Notes under the pieces: generated by a model | Seen by the model: only the letters and a program-made list of their open reading frames with translations | Told to the model about the DNA's origin: nothing | The model's database searches: none | Translations under genes and position numbers: made by a program | Assembly (NCBI GenBank): GCA_947632405.1 | Contig: CANRPE010000003.1 | Location: 322-64,321 of the forward strand | From: an uncultured Bacilli bacterium | GTDB taxonomy: Bacteria > Bacillota_I > Bacilli_A > RF39 > UBA660 | DNA length: 64,000 nucleotides | Direction: 5' to 3' | In this document: piece by piece, positions 11,041 to 18,873 of the stretch | Layout of the letters: each line of letters opens with the position of its first letter | Position numbering within the stretch: position 1 is the stretch's first letter

Positions 11041-11484
11041 ATGAAAATTTATGATATTGAAAAAGAAAATATTAGTGAAAAAATAGAAACAAGATTAAAT
11101 GAACTATTTTCTGAAAATGAAAATGTTCATTGTAACGATGCAATAAAATATTGTTCTGCTTGTCTAATTTTAGAAAATGAAAAAAATATTATTGGTTATT
11201 GTATGTATCATTTTATTTCTGGTAATTATAATGGAATTTATTTAGATCAAGGAGTACTTGCTAAAAAGTATCAAAATATGAAACTTTCCCAAAAATTTTA
11301 TGATTATTTAATAGAAAAATATCATTGTAATTTATATGCGCATGTTTCTATTTACAATAGACAATCAATGAAATCATTATGTAAATATGGTTTTATTCCA
11401 ATTGAAGTGTCAATTGATAAAGAGTTTTATGGAATTGAAAATTATACTAGTTTACTATTAGTAAAAGAAATAAACACTAATTAA
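11041..11484 (+). CDS. small GNAT-like acetyltransferase (tentative)
   Basis: About 147 aa, wedged between the two topoisomerase subunits. The central and C-terminal pattern is consistent with a GNAT fold, but the similarity is weak. Start taken at the ATG at 11041, after the parE stop. Confidence 0.35.
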   Translation: MKIYDIEKENISEKIETRLNELFSENENVHCNDAIKYCSACLILENEKNIIGYCMYHFISGNYNGIYLDQGVLAKKYQNMKLSQKFYDYLIEKYHCNLYAHVSIYNRQSMKSLCKYGFIPIEVSIDKEFYGIENYTSLLLVKEINTN

Positions 11485-11501
11485 TAAAGTAGGTGATGCA
11501 A

Positions 11502-14030
11502 ATGGCAAAAAAAAGCGAAACAGAGGAAATAATAGAAAAAATTTTTGACTATACATTAGAAGATATCATGGGTGAACGATTTGGAAGTTATTCTAAATAT
11601 ATTATTCAAGATCGTGCAATACCTGATGCACGTGATGGCTTAAAACCAGTTCAACGCCGTATTTTATATTCAATGTATAAAGAACATAATACATATGATA
11701 AGGGTTATCGTAAAAGTGCTAAAACTGTTGGAGATGTAATTGGTAATTATCATCCACATGGTGATACATCTATTTATGATGCAATGGTTAGAATGAGTCA
11801 AGAATGGAAGACACGAATTCCATATATTGATATGCATGGTAATAATGGTTCTATTGATGGAGATAGTCCTGCAGCATATCGTTATACTGAAGCTCGACTT
11901 TCTAAAATTAGTAATGAAATGCTTAGAGATATTGATAAAAACACCGTTGAATTTGCTCCTAATTTTGATGATACAACAGAAGAACCAACAGTTTTACCAG
12001 CAAGATTTCCAGCCCTTCTTGTATATGGTGCTCAAGGTATTTCAGCAGGATATGCTACTAATATTCCTCCACATAATTTAGGAGAAATAATAGATGCTAC
12101 AATTCATCGAATAGATAATCCAAATTGTGGACTTGATACTTTAATGAAATATGTAAAAGGACCAGATTTTCCAACAGGAGGAATTGTAGAAGGTTTAGAC
12201 GGAATAAAACAAGCTTATGAAACAGGTAGAGGTAAAATTATTGTTAGATGCAAATATAAAATAGAAGAAGATAAAAATAAAACAGCAATAGTTATTACAG
12301 AAATTCCATATGAAGCAAACAAAACCTTAATGGTAAAGAAAATTGATGATATAAGAATTGATAAAAAAGTAGATGGAATTGTAGAAGTAAGAGATGAATC
12401 TGCAGCTGACGTTAGAATTGTTATAGATTTAAAAAAGAATGCTAATAAAGATTTAATTTTAAATTATTTACTAAAAAATACTGATATGCAAATTAGTTAT
12501 AATTTTAATATGGTATCAATTGTAAATAAAAGACCAAAATTATTAGGATTAAGAGAAGCACTAGATGCTTTTATTACTCATCAAAGACAAGTTGTAACTA
12601 GACGTACAGAATTTGATTTAGCTCATGCTGAAGCTCGTTTACATATCGTAGAAGGACTTATCAAATGTATTTCAATTCTTGATGAAGTAATTAAAGTAAT
12701 ACGTTCTAGTAAAAATAAAACAGATGCTAAAGAAAATTTAGTTAAAGAATTTGAATTCTCACTAACTCAAGCAGAAGCTATTGTTACTTTACAACTATAT
12801 CGTTTAACAAATACAGACGTTGTTCAATTAGAAGAAGAAATGACTAATTTGAAAAAAATTATCGAAGGTTTAAAATCAATTTTAGGTAATGAAGAAGTAT
12901 TAAAAAATGTTATGAAAAAAGATTTACGTGATGTAAAGAAAAATTATGCACAAGAACGAATAACTGATATAAAAGAAGAAATTACTGAAATTAAAATTGA
13001 TACATCTGTTATGATTCCAAAAGAAGATGTCGTTGTTTTAATAACAAAAGATGGTTATATAAAACGTACTAGTATTAGAAGTTATCAAGCTAGTGCACAA
13101 GAAGAACCATTATTAAAAGAAAATGATTATATAATAGGTTTATATGAAATGAATACACAAGATACCCTACTTGTATTCACAACAGATGGTAATTATTTAT
13201 ATATTCCTGTTCATACAATTTTTGATATAAAATGGAAAGATATTGGTAAACATATTTCAAATTTAATTGATTTATCACCAGATGAAAAAATAGTTTCAGC
13301 TATTCCTGTTTATGATTTTAATAGTGATAAAAATATTATTATTACAACAAAAAATGGTATGATTAAGAGAACAAAATTAGCTGATTTTAAATTAACTAGA
13401 TACTCAAAACCAACTAGTTGTATGAAATTAAAAGAAAAAGATGAAGTAATTACAGCAACTTTAGAAAACTATAATACTATTTTTATTACAACAGATACAG
13501 GATATGGTCTTAGTTTTCCTACAGCTGATATTCCAATAGTTGGTATAAAAGCAAGTGGTGTAAAATCAATAGTTTTAAAAAATGATAATGTAGTGTCAAG
13601 TGTTAATTTTGATTATACTTGTCATGAATTTATATCTATTATTACAGATAAAGGTACTGGAAAAAGAGTAAGATTAGGAGAATTTCCAATTTCAACACGT
13701 GCTCGTAGAGGACTTCTATTATTAAGAGAAGTTAAGACAAATCCATATAAAATTTTAAAGACCTTTATTGTAAATAATAAAGATTATCTTGGAATTAAAA
13801 CTGATAAACTTGCAACAATTAAAGTAACAGAATTACCAATTTTAGATCGTTATTCTACAGGTAGTCAAATATCGAAAAAAGAGATTATAGATGCCTATGT
13901 AGTTCAAGAAATAATGACTAAAGAAATAATTTCAAAAAATGTCATCAAAGAAAATATACCATCAAAAGAAAAAATTGATTTAAAAGAAATAGATGATAGA
14001 TTAATGACTATTGATGATTTTCTAAATTAA
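11502..14030 (+). CDS. parC: type IIA topoisomerase subunit A, most likely topoisomerase IV ParC
   Basis: DGLKPVQRRILY, the HPHGD quinolone-region motif, and AAYRYTEARL containing the catalytic Tyr. The start is ambiguous (GTG 11493, ATG 11496 or ATG 11502). Confidence 0.85.
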   Translation: MAKKSETEEIIEKIFDYTLEDIMGERFGSYSKYIIQDRAIPDARDGLKPVQRRILYSMYKEHNTYDKGYRKSAKTVGDVIGNYHPHGDTSIYDAMVRMSQEWKTRIPYIDMHGNNGSIDGDSPAAYRYTEARLSKISNEMLRDIDKNTVEFAPNFDDTTEEPTVLPARFPALLVYGAQGISAGYATNIPPHNLGEIIDATIHRIDNPNCGLDTLMKYVKGPDFPTGGIVEGLDGIKQAYETGRGKIIVRCKYKIEEDKNKTAIVITEIPYEANKTLMVKKIDDIRIDKKVDGIVEVRDESAADVRIVIDLKKNANKDLILNYLLKNTDMQISYNFNMVSIVNKRPKLLGLREALDAFITHQRQVVTRRTEFDLAHAEARLHIVEGLIKCISILDEVIKVIRSSKNKTDAKENLVKEFEFSLTQAEAIVTLQLYRLTNTDVVQLEEEMTNLKKIIEGLKSILGNEEVLKNVMKKDLRDVKKNYAQERITDIKEEITEIKIDTSVMIPKEDVVVLITKDGYIKRTSIRSYQASAQEEPLLKENDYIIGLYEMNTQDTLLVFTTDGNYLYIPVHTIFDIKWKDIGKHISNLIDLSPDEKIVSAIPVYDFNSDKNIIITTKNGMIKRTKLADFKLTRYSKPTSCMKLKEKDEVITATLENYNTIFITTDTGYGLSFPTADIPIVGIKASGVKSIVLKNDNVVSSVNFDYTCHEFISIITDKGTGKRVRLGEFPISTRARRGLLLLREVKTNPYKILKTFIVNNKDYLGIKTDKLATIKVTELPILDRYSTGSQISKKEIIDAYVVQEIMTKEIISKNVIKENIPSKEKIDLKEIDDRLMTIDDFLN

Positions 14031-14057
14031 AAAGTTGCACTTCGGTGTAATTTTTTC

Positions 14058-14088
14058 TTGCAAAATTACAAACGGGGGGGGGTATAAT
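14058..14088 (+). promoter_or_regulatory. cassette-1 promoter: TTGCAA -35, 19-nt spacer ending in a G9 tract (14074-14082), TATAAT -10
   Basis: Read directly: cTTGCAAaattacaaacGGGGGGGGGTATAATaatc. Preceded by the hairpin gttgcac-ttcg-gtgtaat plus a T-run (parC terminator). Confidence 0.6.
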
Positions 14089-14120
14089 AATCTTAGATAA
14101 ATAAAAATAGGTGATCTAGG

Positions 14121-15122
14121 ATGAAAGAAAAAATAAAAACTATTGCAATAATAATATTAATATTAATGGTAATATCAATAAGTGGAGTATACGCAGCAAC
14201 CATAATATCAAGTATAAATGTAGGATATAATAATGCAAGTTCTAAATTAGCAGCAGATAATGTTCAAGCTGCTATAGATGAAGTATATGATAAAAGTTTT
14301 TCAAAACCTTCAATAGTAGCATATGAATATAGTGAAAAAGATCCAAAATGTATAAATGGAGAAGAAAAAACATGTGTAAAGACAGACTGTTATAAAAAAG
14401 GAAAAACATGTAAACAAGGAACAGTTATCAAATATTATGTCAAAGAAAACGAATATCATTACTTTTACGTTCTAAGAGATGATGGAACAAAGATAACTAT
14501 GCAACAAAGAGAAAATACCATAAGAAATATACCATGGCATGCAGGAGCAAATGATAACAGCAAAGGACCAGATACAATCTTGCCACAATTAGAAGCAGCA
14601 ACTTCAACATGGGTAAATGTAAATGTGTTAAACTATGAACCTGGAGTAACAACATTATATGAAAATGCCAATACAGGCTGTACATATACAGCAAGTACAA
14701 CTTCTGATTATAAAATAAGATGCGAAAAGAACACATATACAAGTTCAGTATTAGGAAAAAGAAAAGCTCGTGCTAGAATGATAACAGCATTAGAAGCAGG
14801 AAGTACAGGTTGTTTGGTATACAAAGACGGCGCTACTGATAAAAGAGTTATACAACCAAGTATAAACGCATATAACTTTGGTTCATGTCCAGATTGGATG
14901 CATAATTATTTATGGGAATCAAAAAATTATGGTGGAAGTTATAATAATGATACAGTAAATGAAAACGAAAATCATGGTCATTGTTACTGGACCATGTCGG
15001 CTTACTCTGGTGACACTGCTTATGCGTGGAATGTGGGCCGTGCAGGTATCGTGAGCAGCGCCTACAATACTACTAATCCTCTCGGTGGTGCGCGTGCCGT
15101 TGTAGAAATAAATAAGTCATAA
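14121..15122 (+). CDS. secreted Cys-rich protein with C-terminal CLec/DUF1566-like domain; DGR variable protein, copy 1
   Basis: Signal peptide ending VYA|AT. C-terminus YWTMSAYSGDTAYAWNVGRAGIVSSAYNTTNPLGGARAVVEI. The 3' end is homologous to the TR. Confidence 0.85.
   Translation: MKEKIKTIAIIILILMVISISGVYAATIISSINVGYNNASSKLAADNVQAAIDEVYDKSFSKPSIVAYEYSEKDPKCINGEEKTCVKTDCYKKGKTCKQGTVIKYYVKENEYHYFYVLRDDGTKITMQQRENTIRNIPWHAGANDNSKGPDTILPQLEAATSTWVNVNVLNYEPGVTTLYENANTGCTYTASTTSDYKIRCEKNTYTSSVLGKRKARARMITALEAGSTGCLVYKDGATDKRVIQPSINAYNFGSCPDWMHNYLWESKNYGGSYNNDTVNENENHGHCYWTMSAYSGDTAYAWNVGRAGIVSSAYNTTNPLGGARAVVEINKS
14996..15103 (+). repeat. VR1, variable repeat of copy 1 (imperfect relative to the current TR)
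   Basis: Hand alignment to the TR. The first 52 nt differ only at 7 TR adenines. The rest carries further A-site changes, one T->G, one extra codon (aat), and a C->T in the 3' GC-rich end (gccgTtgta). Confidence 0.7.
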
Positions 15123-15147
15123 AATTACATATTATTTTATTTTTTTC

Positions 15148-15177
15148 TTGCAAAAACCAAAACGGGGGGGGTATAAT
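15148..15177 (+). promoter_or_regulatory. cassette-2 promoter: TTGCAA -35, 18-nt spacer ending in a G8 tract (15164-15171), TATAAT -10
   Basis: cTTGCAAaaaccaaaacGGGGGGGGTATAATagtc. One G shorter than in the other three cassettes. Confidence 0.6.
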
Positions 15178-15209
15178 AGTCTTAGATAAATAAAAATAGG
15201 TGGTCTAAG

Positions 15210-16211
15210 ATGAGAGAAAAAATTAAAATAGTAGTATCATTTATATTAGGGGGAATAATTTTAGGAGGAATTGGAGTATATGCAGCAACCATAATATCAA
15301 GTATAAATGTAGGATATAATAATGCAAGTTCTAAATTAGCAGCAGATAATGTTCAAGCTGCTATAGATGAAGTATATGATAAAAGTTTTTCAAAACCTTC
15401 AATAGTAGCATATGAATATAGTGAAAAAGATCCAAAATGTATAAATGGAGAAGAAAAAACATGTGTAAAGACAGACTGTTATAAAAAAGGAAAAACATGT
15501 AAACAAGGAACAGTTATCAAATATTATGTCAAAGAAAACGAATATCATTACTTTTACGTTCTAAGAGATGATGGCACAAAGATAACTATGCAACAAAGAG
15601 AAAATACCATAAGAAATATACCATGGCATGCAGGAGCAAATGATAACAGCAAAGGACCAGATACAATCTTGCCACAATTAGAAGCAGCAACTTCAACATG
15701 GGTAAATGTAAATGTGTTAAACTATGAACCTGGAGTAACAACATTATATGAAAATGCCAATACAGGCTGTACATATACAGCAAGTACAACTTCTGATTAT
15801 AAAATAAGATGCGAAAAGAACACATATACAAGTTCAGTATTAGGAAAAAGAAAAGCTCGTGCTAGAATGATAACAGCATTAGAAGCAGGAAGTACAGGTT
15901 GTTTGGTATACAAAGACGGCGCTACTGATAAAAGAGTTATATCTCCAAGTATAAACGCATATAATCAAGGTTCATGTCCAGACTGGATGCATAACTACTT
16001 ATATCAATCCAAAAATTATGGTGGTAGCTATAATAATGACACAGTAAACGAAAACGGAGTATATGATTATGATTACTGGACCATGTCGGCTGACTCTGGT
16101 GACACTGCTTATGCGTGGTTTGTGGGCCGTGGAGGTATCTTGGACAACCACGGCGCTACTAATGCTAACTATGGTGCGCGTGCCGTCGTCGAAATTACCA
16201 AATCATCATAG
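15210..16211 (+). CDS. secreted Cys-rich CLec/DUF1566-like protein; DGR variable protein, copy 2 (primary target)
   Basis: Identical to copy 1 over the central ~220 aa. C-terminus YWTMSADSGDTAYAWFVGRGGILDNHGATNANYGARAVVEITKSS contains VR2. Confidence 0.9.
   Translation: MREKIKIVVSFILGGIILGGIGVYAATIISSINVGYNNASSKLAADNVQAAIDEVYDKSFSKPSIVAYEYSEKDPKCINGEEKTCVKTDCYKKGKTCKQGTVIKYYVKENEYHYFYVLRDDGTKITMQQRENTIRNIPWHAGANDNSKGPDTILPQLEAATSTWVNVNVLNYEPGVTTLYENANTGCTYTASTTSDYKIRCEKNTYTSSVLGKRKARARMITALEAGSTGCLVYKDGATDKRVISPSINAYNQGSCPDWMHNYLYQSKNYGGSYNNDTVNENGVYDYDYWTMSADSGDTAYAWFVGRGGILDNHGATNANYGARAVVEITKSS
16085..16189 (+). repeat. VR2, variable repeat matching the TR
   Basis: 105 nt, colinear with TR 16429-16533 at a constant 344-nt offset with no indel. 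88 identities and 17 mismatches by hand count. Every mismatch sits where the TR has A (VR2 has G/T/C there). The 3' end ggtgcgcgtgccgtcgt is identical (IMH-like GC-rich block). Confidence 0.9.
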
Positions 16212-16220
16212 TGATTTGGT
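16197..16220 (+). promoter_or_regulatory. perfect 9-bp hairpin immediately 3' of VR2/IMH (accaaatca-tcatag-tgatttggt)
   Basis: Read directly; it spans the stop codon of copy 2. In position it matches the hairpin/cruciform downstream of the VR that is needed for retrohoming in the Bordetella phage DGR. The second arm is absent after copies 1, 3 and 4. Confidence 0.55.
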
Positions 16221-16428
16221 CTTTGCCGATAGGCATTAATGTGGAATAAGAAGGGATTATAATAAGGATGGTGATGCTGGTTTATTGATGGTTTAAAACG
16301 GAGTGGTAAAAAATGCTGAAAGCATTTTTGTGAAAAGAAGTTTCTTCTTTTCGTAAGGCGCCACAACTTGGTGCCTAAGATTTTGGGATAATACTGTGAT
16401 GTGTCGCGTGCTTTGGTACTGTCTTGGT

Positions 16429-16533
16429 GTCGGCTAACTCTGGTAACACTACTAATGCGTGGAATGTGAACCGTGAAGGTAACTTGAACAACAACAACAC
16501 TACTAATACTAACAATGGTGCGCGTGCCGTCGT
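16429..16533 (+). repeat. DGR template repeat (TR)
   Basis: Non-coding copy of the VR, rich in AAC/AAT codons in the VR frame (SANSGNTTNAWNVNREGNLNNNNTTNTNNGARAVV). I count 33 adenines. It lies upstream of the accessory genes and RT on the same strand. The ORF-track minus ORF 16169..16573 over it is spurious. Confidence 0.9.
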
Positions 16534-16883
16534 ATTTCTTTAAAACTAAATATTTATGACGTTTAATAGACAAATTATAAATAAAAAGCTAAAGAACAAG
16601 TATTATCCCACTTCTATTAGTATCTTTTAAAATAAGATATATAATATGAAGAAAAATATTATTAATGTGTAAATATATATGGTAACTACTAATTAGTGAA
16701 ATATGATAATTACAGTAAACATTAATATAAAATTTAAGTATTTGTAATGTTCAATATTTATGATACTACTTTGATTATACAAAGAAAGCCATAAATGAAG
16801 TTACAAAAAAAGGTGTAGTAGTATGTAAGCATCTTGTTTTTACTACTGCATCTTTTTATTTTAGAATAAAAGAGGTGTATATT

Positions 16884-17300
16884 ATGGTAGATTTATTTAG
16901 ATTATTAAAATTAGAATATAAAGATTATATTATATTATTTAAAAGTGGAAGTTTTTATTGTTGCTTGGATGAAGATGCTGTAGTAATAAGTAAATTATTT
17001 GATTATAAAATAAATGAATTAAGAAATCATATTAGAGTAGGTTTTCCAATTTCTTTGATAGACAAAAATACTGAAGTATTAAATAAGAAAAAAATTAGTT
17101 ATATTATAGTAGAAAATAAACAACTAGCAAAAATAAAGAAAATAAAAAATAATAATTATTCTAAGTATGTAGAAAGTGTATTTAATATAGTTAGTCTAAA
17201 TGCTAGAATAAATAAAATATGTGATACTTTAAAATCTATGAATGGTAAACAAGATATAGATGAATTATTAACTAAGATAGAGGATATTTTATATGGATAA
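16884..17300 (+). CDS. DGR accessory protein with MutS domain I-like (mismatch-binding-domain-like) fold
   Basis: LFRLLKLEYKDYIILFKSGSFYCCLDEDAVVISKLFDYKI...RVGFPISLIDKNTEVLNKKKISYIIVE aligns with the N-terminus of the MutS in this window ([43 protein letters not shown]...[27 protein letters not shown]). FYE is replaced by FYC. Start set at ATG 16884 after aaagagg. The stop overlaps the avd start (ATGGATAA). Confidence 0.65.
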   Translation: MVDLFRLLKLEYKDYIILFKSGSFYCCLDEDAVVISKLFDYKINELRNHIRVGFPISLIDKNTEVLNKKKISYIIVENKQLAKIKKIKNNNYSKYVESVFNIVSLNARINKICDTLKSMNGKQDIDELLTKIEDILYG

Positions 17301-17637
17301 TTCTAATATTATTCTAAGATTGAAAAAGACTATTATTTATGTAGATAAGGTATTAGAAAATTTTCCAAGGAATGAATATATATTAAAGAAAAGAATTAGT
17401 AATTGTATGTATGATATGTTAGAAGAATCATATGAAGCTTATTTAGATTATGAAAATAAGAATACAATAATTAAAAAAATTTTAACTAAAATGAAAATGT
17501 TAGATTTTTATTTAAAATTATCTTTTGATAAAAGTGCAATTTCTCATAAAAATATAAAAACTATTTCTATTAATTTAAGAGATATTACTAGTATGTATTA
17601 TGCTTGGTTTAATTCAAAAAATGAAACGAAAAAATAA
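17293..17637 (+). CDS. avd: accessory variability determinant (Avd; four-helix-bundle / S23-IVS-like protein)
   Basis: 114 aa, predicted all-helical. The LENFPRNEYILKKRISNCMYDMLEESYEA motif is typical of Avd/PF05635-like proteins. Lies directly upstream of the RT and overlaps it. Confidence 0.75.
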   Translation: MDNSNIILRLKKTIIYVDKVLENFPRNEYILKKRISNCMYDMLEESYEAYLDYENKNTIIKKILTKMKMLDFYLKLSFDKSAISHKNIKTISINLRDITSMYYAWFNSKNETKK

Positions 17638-18733
17638 TTTATATTATGCTATATGTAATTTAGATAATATTAGATTTATTTATGATACTAAAGTAAAAAT
17701 AACAACCAAAAATAAAAAGAAAGTATTAGGTTTTGATAATTATTATTTAGAAAATATATTTTCTATTAAGGATATTTTATCAAATGAAAAATATATTCCA
17801 GGTCATTATAATATTTTTTTAGTTAGTGAACCTAAAATTAGAGTAGTTATGAGTCAAAATATGTATGATAAAATTATTAATCATTTAGTTAGTTATTATA
17901 TATTGAAACCAGTTATTCTTCCTTGTTTAATAGAACAAAATGTTGCAACTAGGGAGTTAAAAGGAACTGATTATGGAATTAAATTATTTAAGAAATATTT
18001 AAATAAAATTAAATATGAAGCTGATGAATTTTATATTTTGAAATTTGATATATCCAAGTATTTTTATAATATTAATCATAAAGTATTAAAGGAAATGTTA
18101 AATAAGAAAATAAAGGATAAAAAGGCATTACATATTTTATATCAAATTATTGATAGTACAAATGAAAAATATATAAATAATAGTATTAAGCATTTAGTAG
18201 AATGTTATAAGAAAAAAGATATTAGTGAAAAAGTTAAAGAAGAATTAGATAAGATACCTATCTATGAAAATGGAAAGGGTTTACCTATTGGAAATATGAC
18301 AAGTCAAATATTAGCTATTTTTTATTTAAATGATTTAGATCATTATATAAAAGAAGAATTAAAAATTAAATATTATATTAGATATATGGATGATGGTATT
18401 TTAATGCATAAGGATAAGAATTATTTAAGATATTGTTTAGTTAAAATAAATGATATAGTTGAAAAATTTTATCATTTGAAGTTAAATAAGAAAACTAAAA
18501 TATTTTCTAGTAAAGAATCTATAGAATTTTTAGGTTTTAATTATAGATTAAGAAATAAAAAGTTAATTGTAAAAGTAAAAAATCAAACTAAAAAAAGATT
18601 TAAAAGAAAAATTAAAGCACTTAAAAAAAGTCATTCTGATAAATATCAACATGTAGTTGGAAGTTATAAAGGACATTTGAAGTATGCTAATAGTAAAAAT
18701 TTGTTATATGAAACTTTATCTAAGAGATATTAG
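17621..18733 (+). CDS. DGR reverse transcriptase
   Basis: RT motifs including YIRYMDDGIL (YxDD) and LPIGNMTSQILAIFYL, which is the DGR-specific [LIV]GxxxSQ motif. About 370 aa, with no maturase, endonuclease or RNase H domain. The start is either ATG 17600 or ATG 17621. Confidence 0.9.
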   Translation: MKRKNNLYYAICNLDNIRFIYDTKVKITTKNKKKVLGFDNYYLENIFSIKDILSNEKYIPGHYNIFLVSEPKIRVVMSQNMYDKIINHLVSYYILKPVILPCLIEQNVATRELKGTDYGIKLFKKYLNKIKYEADEFYILKFDISKYFYNINHKVLKEMLNKKIKDKKALHILYQIIDSTNEKYINNSIKHLVECYKKKDISEKVKEELDKIPIYENGKGLPIGNMTSQILAIFYLNDLDHYIKEELKIKYYIRYMDDGILMHKDKNYLRYCLVKINDIVEKFYHLKLNKKTKIFSSKESIEFLGFNYRLRNKKLIVKVKNQTKKRFKRKIKALKKSHSDKYQHVVGSYKGHLKYANSKNLLYETLSKRY

Positions 18734-18810
18734 ATATAGAATTATAAGTTATTTTCTAAATTAATATAGAATAGTTAAATTTAAAAAGTTACACTTGGTG
18801 TAATTTTTTC

Positions 18811-18841
18811 TTGCAAAAATATAAACGGGGGGGGGTATAAT
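18811..18841 (+). promoter_or_regulatory. cassette-3 promoter: TTGCAA -35, 19-nt spacer ending in G9 (18827-18835), TATAAT -10
   Basis: cTTGCAAaaatataaacGGGGGGGGGTATAATaatc, preceded by the hairpin ttacac-ttg-gtgtaa plus a T-run. Confidence 0.6.
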
Positions 18842-18873
18842 AATCTTAGATAAATAAAAATAGGTGATCTAGG

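Larger units (their letters stand above)
16085..18733 (+). mobile_element. diversity-generating retroelement core (VR2 - TR - MutS-I-like - avd - RT)
   Basis: All canonical DGR parts are present, colinear and on one strand. See the individual features. Confidence 0.9.

Noticed and set aside
9542-12081. Short ORFs inside parE/parC (9542..9763 -, 10297..10497 -, 11827..12081 +)
   Set aside because: They are antisense or out-of-frame within well-supported topoisomerase genes, with no SD and low-complexity composition. The same reasoning applies to these ORFs:
- 21013..21237
- 28757..28981
- 32942..33127
- 34003..34200
- 37231..37419
- 37802..38008
- 40179..40409
- 43532..43729
- 45951..46172
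- 48016..48210
- 48504..48695
- 54529..54723
- 62597..62899
- 63065..63289
9126-14030. Calling the topoisomerase pair gyrB/gyrA
   Set aside because: There is no dnaA/dnaN/recF context, and the pair is separated by a small accessory gene. A parE/parC assignment is preferred, but it rests on context only. A phylogenetic placement would settle it.
14497-15831. Two identical 81-aa minus-strand ORFs (14497..14742 and 15586..15831)
   Set aside because: They are antisense inside the DGR target genes. They are identical only because copies 1 and 2 share a near-identical 660-bp block. The composition is Leu/Tyr/His-rich, typical of antisense AT-rich coding DNA.
16169-16573. 134-aa minus-strand ORF covering the end of DGR target 2, the spacer and the TR
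   Set aside because: It runs antisense to the VR2 3' end and through the non-coding TR. It has no SD and no recognisable motif. It stays open only because the TR is poor in the complementary stop codons. The TR/VR explanation accounts for this region.
17600-18733. Reverse transcriptase as a group II intron, retron or Abi-type RT
   Set aside because: There is no intron RNA domains/maturase/En domain and no msr/msd-like inverted repeats. A TR/VR pair with A-specific mismatches, an Avd gene and the GxxxSQ motif are present. DGR is the consistent interpretation.
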